64,000 nucleotides of DNA, from the NCBI GenBank assembly GCA_046594105.1, contig JBKJQB010000010.1, positions 14,096 through 78,095 on the forward strand, written 5' to 3'. A program made the position numbers and the translations under genes. This DNA comes from Thermoanaerobaculia bacterium (GTDB taxonomy: Bacteria; Acidobacteriota; Thermoanaerobaculia; Gp7-AA8). Below the pieces are notes generated by a model that saw nothing but the letters and a program-made list of their open reading frames with translations, was not told where the DNA came from and did not search any database. Positions 9,291 through 19,300 of the stretch are shown here, in pieces. Position 1 is the first letter of the stretch. Each line of letters begins with the position of its first letter.

Positions 9291-9996
9291 GCCGGGCCGG
9301 CACGGCCGGCGGCGTTGGTTGCCCAAGGCTCCGCCGTGATCACGCTCCAAGACGTTCTTCCGCGCAGGCCCTAGGAGAGAAGGAAACCAGAAAGCGGAAA
9401 GTGGAAGGCAGAAAGCCCTGAGCAATGGACAGCGCGCACGCTGCGCCTGAGAGAAAGAAACGGGCGCGGAGGCAGAGCGCCGGAGGCGCGATTGACCTTA
9501 GCCCAGGACTTCAGTCCTGGGACTTGAGGGGCTCCCCCAGACGAGTCCCGGAGGGACGATTGACGATGCTTCGTTGCGACATGTTCAATCGTCCCTACGG
9601 GACTTACTTTTTAGGGGCATCAAACCCAGGACTGAAGTCCTGGGCTAAGTTCAATCGTCCCTACGGGACTCGCAAATCCGCATAAAACCTGGCTGTTTCT
9701 GGGAAGCGGCGTGGGGTGGCGGGCGGGAAGCGAAGGATCTGCAATCACGCGAATGCCGCTTGCGACAGTCGGGGCGATGCAGATCCTTCGCCGTCTACGC
9801 GGGCTCTAATGAACTCTGGTCCGAGGCATCAAGAGGATCGAACTCACACCCGCGACGTTGCAGATCCTTCGCCGTCTTCGCGGCTCAGGATGACGGGAGG
9901 GATCTTGCAGCCGGCAGGATTACCTTCTGATTTCTGCTTTCTGCTTTCTGGTTTCTGCTTTTCCGCCTCCCCGCGCACTTGACCTAGAATCCATCG

Positions 9997-10623
9997 ATGC
10001 CTGTCAGGCGGTCCATCTTTGTCAGTGCGTCCGAGGATCGGCTGCAGAAGCTCATCGTGGAACGGCTGGAGCCGGGGGCAGATAAGGAAAGCATCGACCG
10101 CCGGCTCTGGGATCTCTTCGGTGAGGAGTGGTGCATCATGACCACCGACCTGATGGGATTCTCCCGGTCGGTCTCCCGCTTCGGCATCATCCATTACCTG
10201 CAGACCATCTACGAGTCGGAGCGGCTGCTCGTGCCGGTGGTCGAGCAGCACGACGGCATCATGCTGAAGATGGAAGGCGACAGTTTCCTGATCATCTTCC
10301 GGAACGTGCAGAAAGCACTGTTCGCCGCCGTGAGCATGCAGCGGAAGCTCAAGCTCTACAACGAGACGAAGCCGCCGGAAGAGCAGGTCCTGCTGGGCAT
10401 GGGCCTGGGATACGGCCGGGTCCTGCGCATCAGCGACGAGGATGTCTTCGGGATCGAGGTCAACGCTGCCTACGTCCTCGGCGAGGACATCGCCGGCGCC
10501 TACGAGATCCTGGTGTCGGCCGCCGTGCGCGAGGCTGCTGGTGACATGAAGGAAATCTTCGAAGAGCTCCACGACGCCCCCGCCGGCATCGGCACCGCAT
10601 TCCGCGTCCGCTACGACGCGTGA
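9997..10623 (+). CDS. Stand-alone class-III nucleotidyl (adenylate/guanylate) cyclase homology domain protein
   Basis: TTDLMGFS (metal Asp 1), GIMLKMEGDSFLIIF (metal Asp 2) and VNAAYVLGEDIAG (transition-state/N-R region). 208 aa with no sensory domain. Confidence 0.5.
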   Translation: MPVRRSIFVSASEDRLQKLIVERLEPGADKESIDRRLWDLFGEEWCIMTTDLMGFSRSVSRFGIIHYLQTIYESERLLVPVVEQHDGIMLKMEGDSFLIIFRNVQKALFAAVSMQRKLKLYNETKPPEEQVLLGMGLGYGRVLRISDEDVFGIEVNAAYVLGEDIAGAYEILVSAAVREAAGDMKEIFEELHDAPAGIGTAFRVRYDA

Positions 10624-10752
10624 TCAGCGGCTCGACGCGGCCGGCACGGCCGGTGGCGTTGGTTCGCAAAGCGTCCGCCACGATTTTCGCCTCAGCCGCG
10701 GTCACTCGGCCGTCTTTGATTGCAGAAGTGGAGAAGGTGCCGAAGGCCGTTC

Positions 10753-12258
10753 TCATCCTTCGCGAATTCGTAGGGTGATCGCTTCGGCAACTTCCTCCGG
10801 GTGCGAGAAGGTGCAGGCGTGCGCCCCGGCCACGAGTTGCAGCGCAGGAATCTCCTCGCGGCGCACCAGCGGATCGCGCTCGCCGGCGAGCAGGAGCCCG
10901 TCCTCCGGCGCAGCACGCCGCACATCCCGGACATAGCGCCGATAGGTGCGAAACCACCGGCCGAGACCGGTACGCCAGTACGCGTGCGCCACCTGCGCCA
11001 GAAGGGCGAAAGGCTCGCGGATGGCGTCGGTGAAGAGAGCTGGGAAGAGCAGCATGGGGTGACGATGCGTCCACAACGGTCCGATGAACACCGCGGCCTT
11101 CACCAGATCGGGACGCAGAGCTTTGAGATGCTCCACGTCGTTGCATCCGACGGAATGGCCGATCCAGGTCGCGCCGCGGATGGAGACGGCATCGGCCCAG
11201 CGCGCCAGGATCGCTGCGTGGTCCTGAGGTCCCACCGCAGGGCCGTCCGCACTGGCACCGAAGCCGGGAAGATCGGGAGCAATCGGATTCCAGCCGCGTT
11301 CGAACAGCGCGCGGGCAAACGGCCGGAAGTACGCGCTCGACATGCCCAGGCCATGCACCAGGACAACATCCTTGCCGCGACCCGCGGCACGATGGGCGAC
11401 GCCGTCAGTCCAGCCGGAGAGGGCCCACGAAAACTCGGGGGCGGCGTCCGATCGCACCGCCTCCACCTCATCCAGAAACGCGAACAGCTCGCGGTGGAAG
11501 GCCTCCGGGTTCTCCCACATGGGGATGTGGCCGGCGTTCTCGATGACTCGCAGCCTCGCGTTCGGAATCTCCTGCAGCATCTGCTGGCCGTAGGACAACG
11601 GCACCAGCGGATCGTTCGCTCCCCAGAGCAACAGCACCGGCAGTCGCAGCGCCCGCAGAAGCGGCCGCGCGTCATCGCGGAGCAGACGGGTGAACGCGAC
11701 GGCCACCGAGGTCGGCCCGGCGCGGAAAAGATCGCGGGCCAGCACCGTGGCGAACGACCAGGCGCCGCGCGGGACCATCAGATTGGCCAGATGCGGTGCG
11801 GGATGCAGTTCGAAGGGAATGCCGGTCGAGTCGACCAGAACAAGCGAGCGGACCAGGTCCGGCCGCGAGGTCGCCAGGTGAATGGCGATCTGCCCTCCCA
11901 TCGAGTTTCCCACGATGTGCACCGGCTCGCGGAACGACGCTTCGATCCACCGCGCCAGCAATGCCGCGATCTCGTCGAAGTTCAACGGCAGGGAGCTGCG
12001 CCGAAGAAAAAAGCGGTTGCGCCCGAATCCGACCAGGTCCACGGCGCTGACTTGAAAGCGTTCCGCAAGCACATCGAGATTCCGGCGCCACCAGTCGGAA
12101 GATCCGCCCAGCCCGTGAATGAGGATCAACGGCGGACCGGCACCGGCTCGCGTCTCCCAGAAACTGTACGGCGGCAGATCGACCCGTCGCGTTTCTGCCA
12201 CGTCAGCGTGAGCCTGAGAAAATCGAACGGGGCGCCGCCATCTTGTCGCCCGAGCCAC
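10753..12258 (-). CDS. Tandem alpha/beta-hydrolase fusion protein (two complete hydrolase folds)
   Basis: Domain 1: HGLGGSS ... GNSMGG ... AGHIPMWE. Domain 2: VHGLGMSS ... GHSVG ... GAHACTFSHPEE. Each has its own Ser-Asp-His triad. Confidence 0.7.
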   Translation of the reverse strand: MARATRWRRPVRFSQAHADVAETRRVDLPPYSFWETRAGAGPPLILIHGLGGSSDWWRRNLDVLAERFQVSAVDLVGFGRNRFFLRRSSLPLNFDEIAALLARWIEASFREPVHIVGNSMGGQIAIHLATSRPDLVRSLVLVDSTGIPFELHPAPHLANLMVPRGAWSFATVLARDLFRAGPTSVAVAFTRLLRDDARPLLRALRLPVLLLWGANDPLVPLSYGQQMLQEIPNARLRVIENAGHIPMWENPEAFHRELFAFLDEVEAVRSDAAPEFSWALSGWTDGVAHRAAGRGKDVVLVHGLGMSSAYFRPFARALFERGWNPIAPDLPGFGASADGPAVGPQDHAAILARWADAVSIRGATWIGHSVGCNDVEHLKALRPDLVKAAVFIGPLWTHRHPMLLFPALFTDAIREPFALLAQVAHAYWRTGLGRWFRTYRRYVRDVRRAAPEDGLLLAGERDPLVRREEIPALQLVAGAHACTFSHPEEVAEAITLRIREG

Positions 12259-12309
12259 AAGACCATTTCTTCACGAGGTCCGAAGAAGAGACTCGTGTCG
12301 ACCGCGGGC

Positions 12310-12753
12310 TCACCGGTGCAGTCGCGCCTCTTCGACCATCAGACAGCGGTCTTGCACCACCTTGATCCCGGCTTCCGCAAATCGCTTCGCCGCCTCGTCG
12401 TTCCGGATGCCCAGCTGCAGCCAGACGCTGTTCGGCTTCGCCGCCAGGATGTCGTCCACGTGCGGCGGGATGTCGTTCGGGCGGCGGAACACGTTGACCA
12501 TGTCGATCGGACGCCCGATGTCCGCCACCTGCCGGTAGACGCGCTTTCCCAGGATCTCGGTGACCTCGGGGTAATAGACCGGGACCGGAATGATCTCGAA
12601 GCCGGCCGCAGCCATATGGGCGGCCACGTAGTGCGCTGCCTGATCGGCGTGGGTCTCCGGTTTGATGCCGAGCACGGCAATGGTGTGCGTCTCGCGAAGG
12701 AGTCTCTCGATTCCATCCCCGTCGTTGATCAGATTTGTTTTCCAGTCAGCCAT
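12310..12753 (-). CDS. CoA-binding domain protein (YccU-like)
   Basis: IAVLGIKPETHADQAAHYVAAHMAAAGFEIIPV... Rossmann-like CoA-binding fold, 147 aa. Start at MADWKT. Confidence 0.65.
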   Translation of the reverse strand: MADWKTNLINDGDGIERLLRETHTIAVLGIKPETHADQAAHYVAAHMAAAGFEIIPVPVYYPEVTEILGKRVYRQVADIGRPIDMVNVFRRPNDIPPHVDDILAAKPNSVWLQLGIRNDEAAKRFAEAGIKVVQDRCLMVEEARLHR

Positions 12754-12924
12754 CGATTGCTCCTCGCCATCCCGTCTGAGGGGGCGCAGACTAGCAAAAA
12801 CTGAGCGCGGCCAATCCGCCGACTTGCCAAAAGTACACGGAATAACTAATTGCCACCGACCGCTTTTATACGACAAATTCAAGTCACTCCAACCCAAAAT
12901 CCAACCATCGAGGTGGGCCTCCGA

Positions 12925-14700
12925 ATGAAACGAATCGCAGCTTTGCTGTTCCTTCTTGCGATCCCGACGATTGCCCACGCAGATGCGAATCCACGTCGCA
13001 TGATCGTGGTCACGCGCCATCCCTTCGCTCAGGCGGAGCGCGCACTGCGCGGAGCCCGTGGCGATGACTTCGACTTCGAGAACCGCGTTCGTTACAACGT
13101 CAAGGCGTTCACGATCATCAACGGCTTCGCGGCCGACCTGACTGCGGATGAGATCGCTCAGCTGAAGAAGTCCCCCGAGGTTTCGTATATCGAGCCGGTC
13201 ATCGAACGGTACAAGTTTGGGGTGTCATCACCACGACACACCGATGACTCCACCCGGGCCATGGAACTGGCCCCTTCAGCTCTCGCCGACTCGATCATTG
13301 CGGGGCAACAGACTGTGCCTTACGGCGTGACTCTGGTGGGTGCGCCGAACGTGTGGCCGGTCACCCGGGGAAAATCCCTCGACCCGAAGATCCCTACCCG
13401 CGTGGTGGTGGTGGACACCGGCGTCGACTACAACAACCCGGAGCTCAAGGCGATCTACAAGGGCGGCCTCAACGTCGTGGGCGGAAACAACAACCCTATC
13501 GACGATGACGGCCACGGGACGCACGTCGCCGGAACCATCGCCGCAGCCGACGACGGCGTGGGTGTGGTCGGGGTCGCGTCGCAAGTGGAACTCTATGCTG
13601 TCAAAGTACTCGACGAATGCGGAATCGGCTCGAACCTCGCGAGCATCGACGCACTCGATTGGATCACCAAGCAGAAGAAGGCCATCGGTGGAAACTGGAT
13701 CGCAAACTTTTCTCTGGGTTCCAATACCTCGTCCGGCAGCGAGCGGTCTGCTTTCCAGAAGGCCGCCGACGCCGGCGTGCTGATCTTTGCCGCCTCGGGC
13801 AACTCCTTTAAAGAAGAGACAGGGCTGGCTTTTCCTGCCGGCTACTCCGGCGTGATCTCGGTGGGCGCGATCGACAGCACCGGCAAGATCGCCTCGTTCT
13901 CACAGCGCGGCACGGGGCAGGGGATCGTCGCGCCCGGCGTCGGCGTCCTGTCGACCTTCGTGGAGGGTCAGGTCGCATCATCGGATGGACAGAAGGTTCT
14001 GGCTCGCTTCGCCCAGGCGTACAACGCCAAAGACTTTCCCGTATGCCTTCCCCGAGGGCCGATCAGCGGCACGTTCGTCTTCTCCGGAACGGGCAATCTT
14101 GCAGAGTTCCCCGCCGAGGTCTCCGGGAAAATCGCGCTGATCGAGCGCAGAGGAACTGACGCGGCCGGTCAAACCCTGACCTTCCTTACGAAAGCGAAGA
14201 ACGCGAAAAAAGCGGGAGCGATCGCGGCGGTGATCTACAGCCTTCCCGGACTCGACCTCGTGCGGCCCGGGTTCAGCCCTTTCGAGACGTCGGACATCAG
14301 CAGCGTGGTTCCCACGGCTCTCATTTCCGAAGCCGACGGCGCGCGTCTCAAAGCGCTGAGCGACAAGACCATCACCCTCGCCTTCGACGGCAGCGGCTAC
14401 TCCAGCACCTACGACTCCCTCTCCGGCACCTCGATGGCCTGCCCGCATGCGGTGGGCGTCGCTGCGCTGGTCTGGTCCGTCGTTCCGAACGCGAGCACGA
14501 TCACCATCGTCAACGCCATGGAGCAGTCGGCCAAGGACCTTGGCGTCTCCGGCTACGACACGGACTATGGCTTCGGCCTGATCAACGCGTTCGACGCGGC
14601 GAAGACGCTGAACCCCGCAGCCTTCAGCTCACCCATCCAGCCGCCCCCGGTCGAAGGGCCGGTGGTTGGACGCACGCCGGGGCGACGCGGCGGCCATTGA
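12925..14700 (+). CDS. S8 family serine peptidase (subtilase) with N-terminal I9 propeptide and inserted PA domain
   Basis: Signal peptide MKRIAALLFLLAIPTIAHA. Catalytic triad VVDTGVD (Asp) / HGTHVAG (His) / GTSMACPH (Ser). I9-like propeptide. Insertion between His and Ser resembles a PA domain. Confidence 0.85.
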   Translation: MKRIAALLFLLAIPTIAHADANPRRMIVVTRHPFAQAERALRGARGDDFDFENRVRYNVKAFTIINGFAADLTADEIAQLKKSPEVSYIEPVIERYKFGVSSPRHTDDSTRAMELAPSALADSIIAGQQTVPYGVTLVGAPNVWPVTRGKSLDPKIPTRVVVVDTGVDYNNPELKAIYKGGLNVVGGNNNPIDDDGHGTHVAGTIAAADDGVGVVGVASQVELYAVKVLDECGIGSNLASIDALDWITKQKKAIGGNWIANFSLGSNTSSGSERSAFQKAADAGVLIFAASGNSFKEETGLAFPAGYSGVISVGAIDSTGKIASFSQRGTGQGIVAPGVGVLSTFVEGQVASSDGQKVLARFAQAYNAKDFPVCLPRGPISGTFVFSGTGNLAEFPAEVSGKIALIERRGTDAAGQTLTFLTKAKNAKKAGAIAAVIYSLPGLDLVRPGFSPFETSDISSVVPTALISEADGARLKALSDKTITLAFDGSGYSSTYDSLSGTSMACPHAVGVAALVWSVVPNASTITIVNAMEQSAKDLGVSGYDTDYGFGLINAFDAAKTLNPAAFSSPIQPPPVEGPVVGRTPGRRGGH

Positions 14701-14721
14701 TTTCTCCAGGATCATCCCTTG

Positions 14722-14755
14722 AGCGGCGTCCCGAACGGGGCGCCGCTTTTCTTTC
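14722..14755 (+). terminator. Rho-independent terminator after the S8 peptidase gene
   Basis: agcggcgtcccgaacggggcgccgct hairpin followed by tttctttcc. Confidence 0.6.
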
Positions 14756-14791
14756 CTCCCTGACTCTCGTGCGCGGCCTCGAAAGCCTTCG

Positions 14792-14962
14792 ATGATCAAG
14801 CCAGCGTTTCTTCTGTTTCTTTCGATCCTCGGCTTCAGCTCCCTGCTCAACGCGCAAACGACTCGCTACATCGTTTTCACCCGTGCACACGGGGAAGTGG
14901 CGCAGATGAGAGTGGCTGCGGCCGTCACCGACGGTCCCGATTTACGCGCAAATCCGCACTGA
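14792..14962 (+). pseudogene. Truncated paralog of the S8 peptidase N-terminus (signal peptide plus first propeptide strand); 56-aa ORF below the ORF-track size cutoff
   Basis: MIKPAFLLFLSILGFSSLLNAQTTRYIVFTRAHGEVAQMRVAAA aligns residue-by-residue with MKRIAALLFLLAIPTIAHADANPRRMIVVTRHPFAQAERALRGA of the upstream peptidase, then hits a stop. Confidence 0.4.
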
Positions 14963-15100
14963 ATCTTTCACCATCGCGCCACAGACCATCACTCCCGGCA
15001 CGGGCAGCGAGAGATGGCGGACCGCGCCGGGTTGGTTCGGTTTAGAATACGCGCCCTGCCGCGCCACCAGCGCGAGCTTCCCGACTGGAGAATCCACCCC

Positions 15101-16213
15101 ATGAAAATCGGCGTACCGACCGAGATCAAGAACAACGAATTCCGAGTGGGGATGACGCCGGCTGGCGCGGCCGTCCTCACCGCCGATGGCCATGACGTCT
15201 TCATCCAGGCCGGGGCGGGCGACGGCAGCGGTTTCGGCGATGACGAATACAAAGCCGCGGGCGCAACGATCCTCTCCGGCGCCGGCGCCGTCTACGACAA
15301 GGCGGACATGATCGTGAAGGTCAAAGAGCCGGTGGAGGCCGACCTCAAGCTCCTCAAAGATGGCCAGCTGCTCTTCACCTATCTGCATCTGGCGCCGGTT
15401 CCTGACCTGACCGACGCGCTGCTGAAAAAGAAGATCACCGGGATCGCCTACGAAACCATCACCGACGATCGCCGTCGCAGCCTTCCACTGCTCACTCCGA
15501 TGTCAGAAGTCGCGGGGCGGATGTCCGTCCATGTCGGCGCCTACTATCTGCACAAGCCTCTCGGTGGCCGCGGAGTGCTTCTGGGCGGGGTTCCCGGAAC
15601 CCTGCCCGGTGACGTGGTGATCATCGGCGGCGGCGTGGTGGGCACCAATGCCGCCAAGATGGCGGTCGGCCTCGGTGCCCGCGTCACCATCCTCGACACC
15701 AACCTCGACCGGCTGCGTCAACTGGACGACATCTTCCGCGGCACCGTGCAGACGCTGGCCTCGAACATGGCCCACATCGCGGAAGCGGTCCGTCACGCGG
15801 ACCTGCTGATCGGCGGAGTGCTCATCCCCGGCGCGGCCGCGCCCAAACTGATCACCCGGCAGATGATCGGCGAAATGAAAAAGGGTTCCGTCATCGTCGA
15901 CGTGGCCATCGATCAGGGCGGCTGCGTGGAGACCGCTCACGCCACCACCCATTCCGATCCGGTGTACGAGGTCGACGGCGTCACGCACTACTGTGTGGCC
16001 AATATGCCAGGCGCGGTGCCGCGCACCTCGACCATTGCCCTGACCAACGCCACTCTCCCCTACACGCGCAAGCTGGCAACGCTCGGTTTCCGCAAGGCCG
16101 TGGAAGACACCGGGCTGGCCGAGGGGGTGAACGTCTACAACGGCGCGATCACCTACCGCGCCGTCGCGGAGTCGCAGGGGCGGCAGTACACCTCACTCGA
16201 AAAAGCCCTCTGA
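15101..16213 (+). CDS. ald: Alanine dehydrogenase
   Basis: [22 protein letters not shown]... N-terminus and the NAD-binding motif [14 protein letters not shown]. 370 aa, full length. Confidence 0.9.
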   Translation: MKIGVPTEIKNNEFRVGMTPAGAAVLTADGHDVFIQAGAGDGSGFGDDEYKAAGATILSGAGAVYDKADMIVKVKEPVEADLKLLKDGQLLFTYLHLAPVPDLTDALLKKKITGIAYETITDDRRRSLPLLTPMSEVAGRMSVHVGAYYLHKPLGGRGVLLGGVPGTLPGDVVIIGGGVVGTNAAKMAVGLGARVTILDTNLDRLRQLDDIFRGTVQTLASNMAHIAEAVRHADLLIGGVLIPGAAAPKLITRQMIGEMKKGSVIVDVAIDQGGCVETAHATTHSDPVYEVDGVTHYCVANMPGAVPRTSTIALTNATLPYTRKLATLGFRKAVEDTGLAEGVNVYNGAITYRAVAESQGRQYTSLEKAL

Positions 16214-16351
16214 GGTGGGGAGAGGCGCAGCCGCCTCTCCTCGTCCGCCGCGCAGAAAGTCCCGGCGCATCCGGCTCTCGTTGGATTCCAGTTGCACATT
16301 TCAGGGCTGACGAGTAAAAGTCGTCGGTCCCAGGTCGCCGAAGAAGAGGAG

Positions 16352-19300
16352 ATGTTCATGCGCCGGTTCACGAAAGTCTTTGCCGTGAGCACCTTTCTGT
16401 TTGCCGGTTTCGCTTCGTCGGTCCACGCTCAGTCCGCGGACCTCCTCGTCTCGAAAAGCGGACCGGCCAGCGCGAATGCCGGGACCAACGTTCCCTACAG
16501 CGTCTCGGTGATGAATCTTGGACCCGACAACGCGACATCGATCACCCTCACCGATCCCATCCCGGCCGGCATGACCTTCGTTTCGGTCACCCAGAACGGT
16601 GGCCCCGCGTTCTCGTGCACCTTCCCAGCGGTCGGCGCCGGGGGCACGGTCAGCTGCACCGCGGGAACCCTGACCTCAGGCTCTACAGCAACTTTCACGT
16701 TCGTCTTTCAGATCTCCCTGATGACGCCTCCCGGCACCATTTTCACCAATACCGCTACCGTGATGACGGCGACCTTGGACCCCAACAGCGAGAACAACTC
16801 GAGCATCGCCTCCACCCAGACGCCGCCACCGCCCCAGAGTGATCTCTACGTCAGCAAGAGCGGACCGGCAAGCGCAGGTCCGAATACCAACGTGACCTAC
16901 CTGATCACCGCAGGGAACGCCGGTCCCGACACGGCGATGAGCGTATCCCTGCAGGACACGCTTCCCGGGAACATGACCTTCGTCTCCCTGACCCAGACTT
17001 CAGGGCCGGCGTTCATCTGTTCAAAACCAGCGGTCAACTCCGGAGGAACGGTCACCTGCACCATCGCGTCGCTCAACGCCGGCGTCAGCGCCTCGTTCAG
17101 CCTGGTCACCCAGGTTCCAACAGGCACCCCATCGGGTACCTCCTACGCGAACAACGCGAGCATCTCTTCCGCGACCGCGGACCCGAATGCGGAGAACCAA
17201 GTCTCCGGTAGCATCACCGTCGTCGTGGTGGCCGACGTTTCTGCTACCAAGACCGCGTCCCCGACGGCGACTGCTGGGGGAACGGTCACCTATGTCGTCA
17301 CGGCCACGAACGGCGGCCCTGATCAGGCGAACAATGTGGCTCTTCAGGATCCCCTGCCCGGTGGGGTGACCTTTGTGTCCGCAACCCAGAACAGCGGTCC
17401 GGCCGGAGGGTGCAGCACCAACACGACCGGCGGGACCACCACCGTCTTCTGCTCCATCAGCGCTCTGGCATCGGGTGCCAGCGCACAGTTCACAATCGTC
17501 GGGACCATTCCTTCGACTGCAACCGGCACGCTCAACAACACCGTGACCGTCTCCACCGACAGCTACGATTCGAATCTGGCCAACAACAGCGCCACTGCTT
17601 CCACAGCGGTCACCACATCCGCAGACCTCGCGGTCACCAAAAGCGCACCGGCAACCGCAGTCACCGGAGCGAACGTCACCTATACGATTTCCCTCACGAA
17701 CAACGGTCCCTCCTCCGCGAGCACGGTGTCGCTGAGCGATGTCCTCCCAGCCGCAACGACGTTCGTCTCCTCCACTCAGAACAGTGGGCCGGCCTTCACT
17801 TGCAGCACTCCCTCTCCCGGGGCCAGCGGCTCCATCACCTGCACCGCGGCGACCCTGGTGTCGGGAACGACAGCGACCTTCAGTTTCGTGGTCCAGATCG
17901 CCGCCTCCACGCCGGCGGGCAGCGTCATCAGCAACACCGCGAGTGTTTCCTCCTCCACTTCCGATCCAAACGCCGGAAACAACAGCGCTACCGCCTCGAC
18001 GACCACCAGCGTCTCTTCGGACGTCTCGGTAAACAAGACCAGCCCGGCCACCTCCGCGGCAGGATCCAACATCACCTACACCATCACGGTGACCAACGGC
18101 GGCCCATCCACCGCCACCACGTTGTCTCTCAGTGATCCACTGCCAGCGAACGTCACCTTCGTCTCGGAGTCGCAGACCAGCGGTCCGGCATTTGTCTGCG
18201 CGACACCAGGCATCGGTGCCACCGGGACGATCACCTGCACTGCCGCCACCCTCGCCCCCGGCGCATCGTCCGTGTTCAGCCTGGTGGTGAAGCTCGACCC
18301 AGCAGTCGCCAGCGGAACCACAACCTCGAATACGGCGGCCATCAGCTCAGGCAGTGCCGACTCCAATCCTGCCAACAACTCTTCGACCACAACGGTCACG
18401 GCCAGCCAGTCGGCCGATCTCTCGGTCTCGAAGACGGGATCGGCCACGGTGACTGCCGGCTCGAACATCACCTACAGCGTGTCCCTGACGAACAATGGTC
18501 CCTCGAACGCGGCCACGGTCTCGCTCAGCGACGCCATCCCCGCCAATACCACGTTTGTCTCCGCAGCGCCCACCAGTGGCCCCGTTTCCGGTCCAGCCTT
18601 CACCTGCACGTCGCCTGCGGTCGGCGGGACGGGCACGATCGTCTGCAGCGCCCCCTCGTTGATTGCCGGCGGCTCGGTCGTTTTCAGCATCGTCGTGAAG
18701 ACCTCACCGGGGGCCAACGGCACGGTCATCTCGAACACCGCTTCGGCGGCCTCAGCGACGCCGGACCCGGTCCCGGCAAACAACAGCTCGACGTTCGGCA
18801 CCTCTGCCGGCGCCGTGGCCGATCTTGCCATCGTCAAGACAGCGCCGGCCACAGCGATCGCCGGCAGCAACCTCACCTACTCCGTGACCTTGACCAATAA
18901 CGGCCCGTCCGATGCGGCAGGGGTCACCTTCACCGATGCAATCCCCGCGAACGCCACCTTCTTCTCCGAGGCGCAGACCAGCGGGCCGGCGTTCACCTGC
19001 ACACTCCCCGCAGCCGGCGGTTCCGGAACGATTTCGTGTACCTCGCCGATCCTGGCGACTGGAGCTTCTGCGATCTTCAGCATCGTCGTTCGCAGCAGTC
19101 CTGCAGCACCGAGCGGCACCGTGATCAGCAACACGGTGACCACTTCATCAGTCAGTACAGACTCCACTCCAGCGAACAACACCTCGACGGCGACGACCAC
19201 CGTGTCGACCTCCGCCGACCTCGGAATCACCAAGACCGGACCGGCGAGCGCCGGGGCTGGAAGTGACATTTCTTACGCGCTCACGCTCACGAACTTCGGC

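Noticed and set aside
9820-9850. tRNA-like T-arm string (gaggatcgaactcacacccgcg) in the repeat region
   Set aside because: It resembles the complement of a T-loop, but no acceptor, D or anticodon arm can be built around it. Most likely part of the repeat element rather than a tRNA gene or fragment.
10801-12804. 667-aa plus-strand ORF
   Set aside because: Antisense to the tandem alpha/beta-hydrolase and CoA-binding genes. Arg/Pro/Gly-rich, no motifs.
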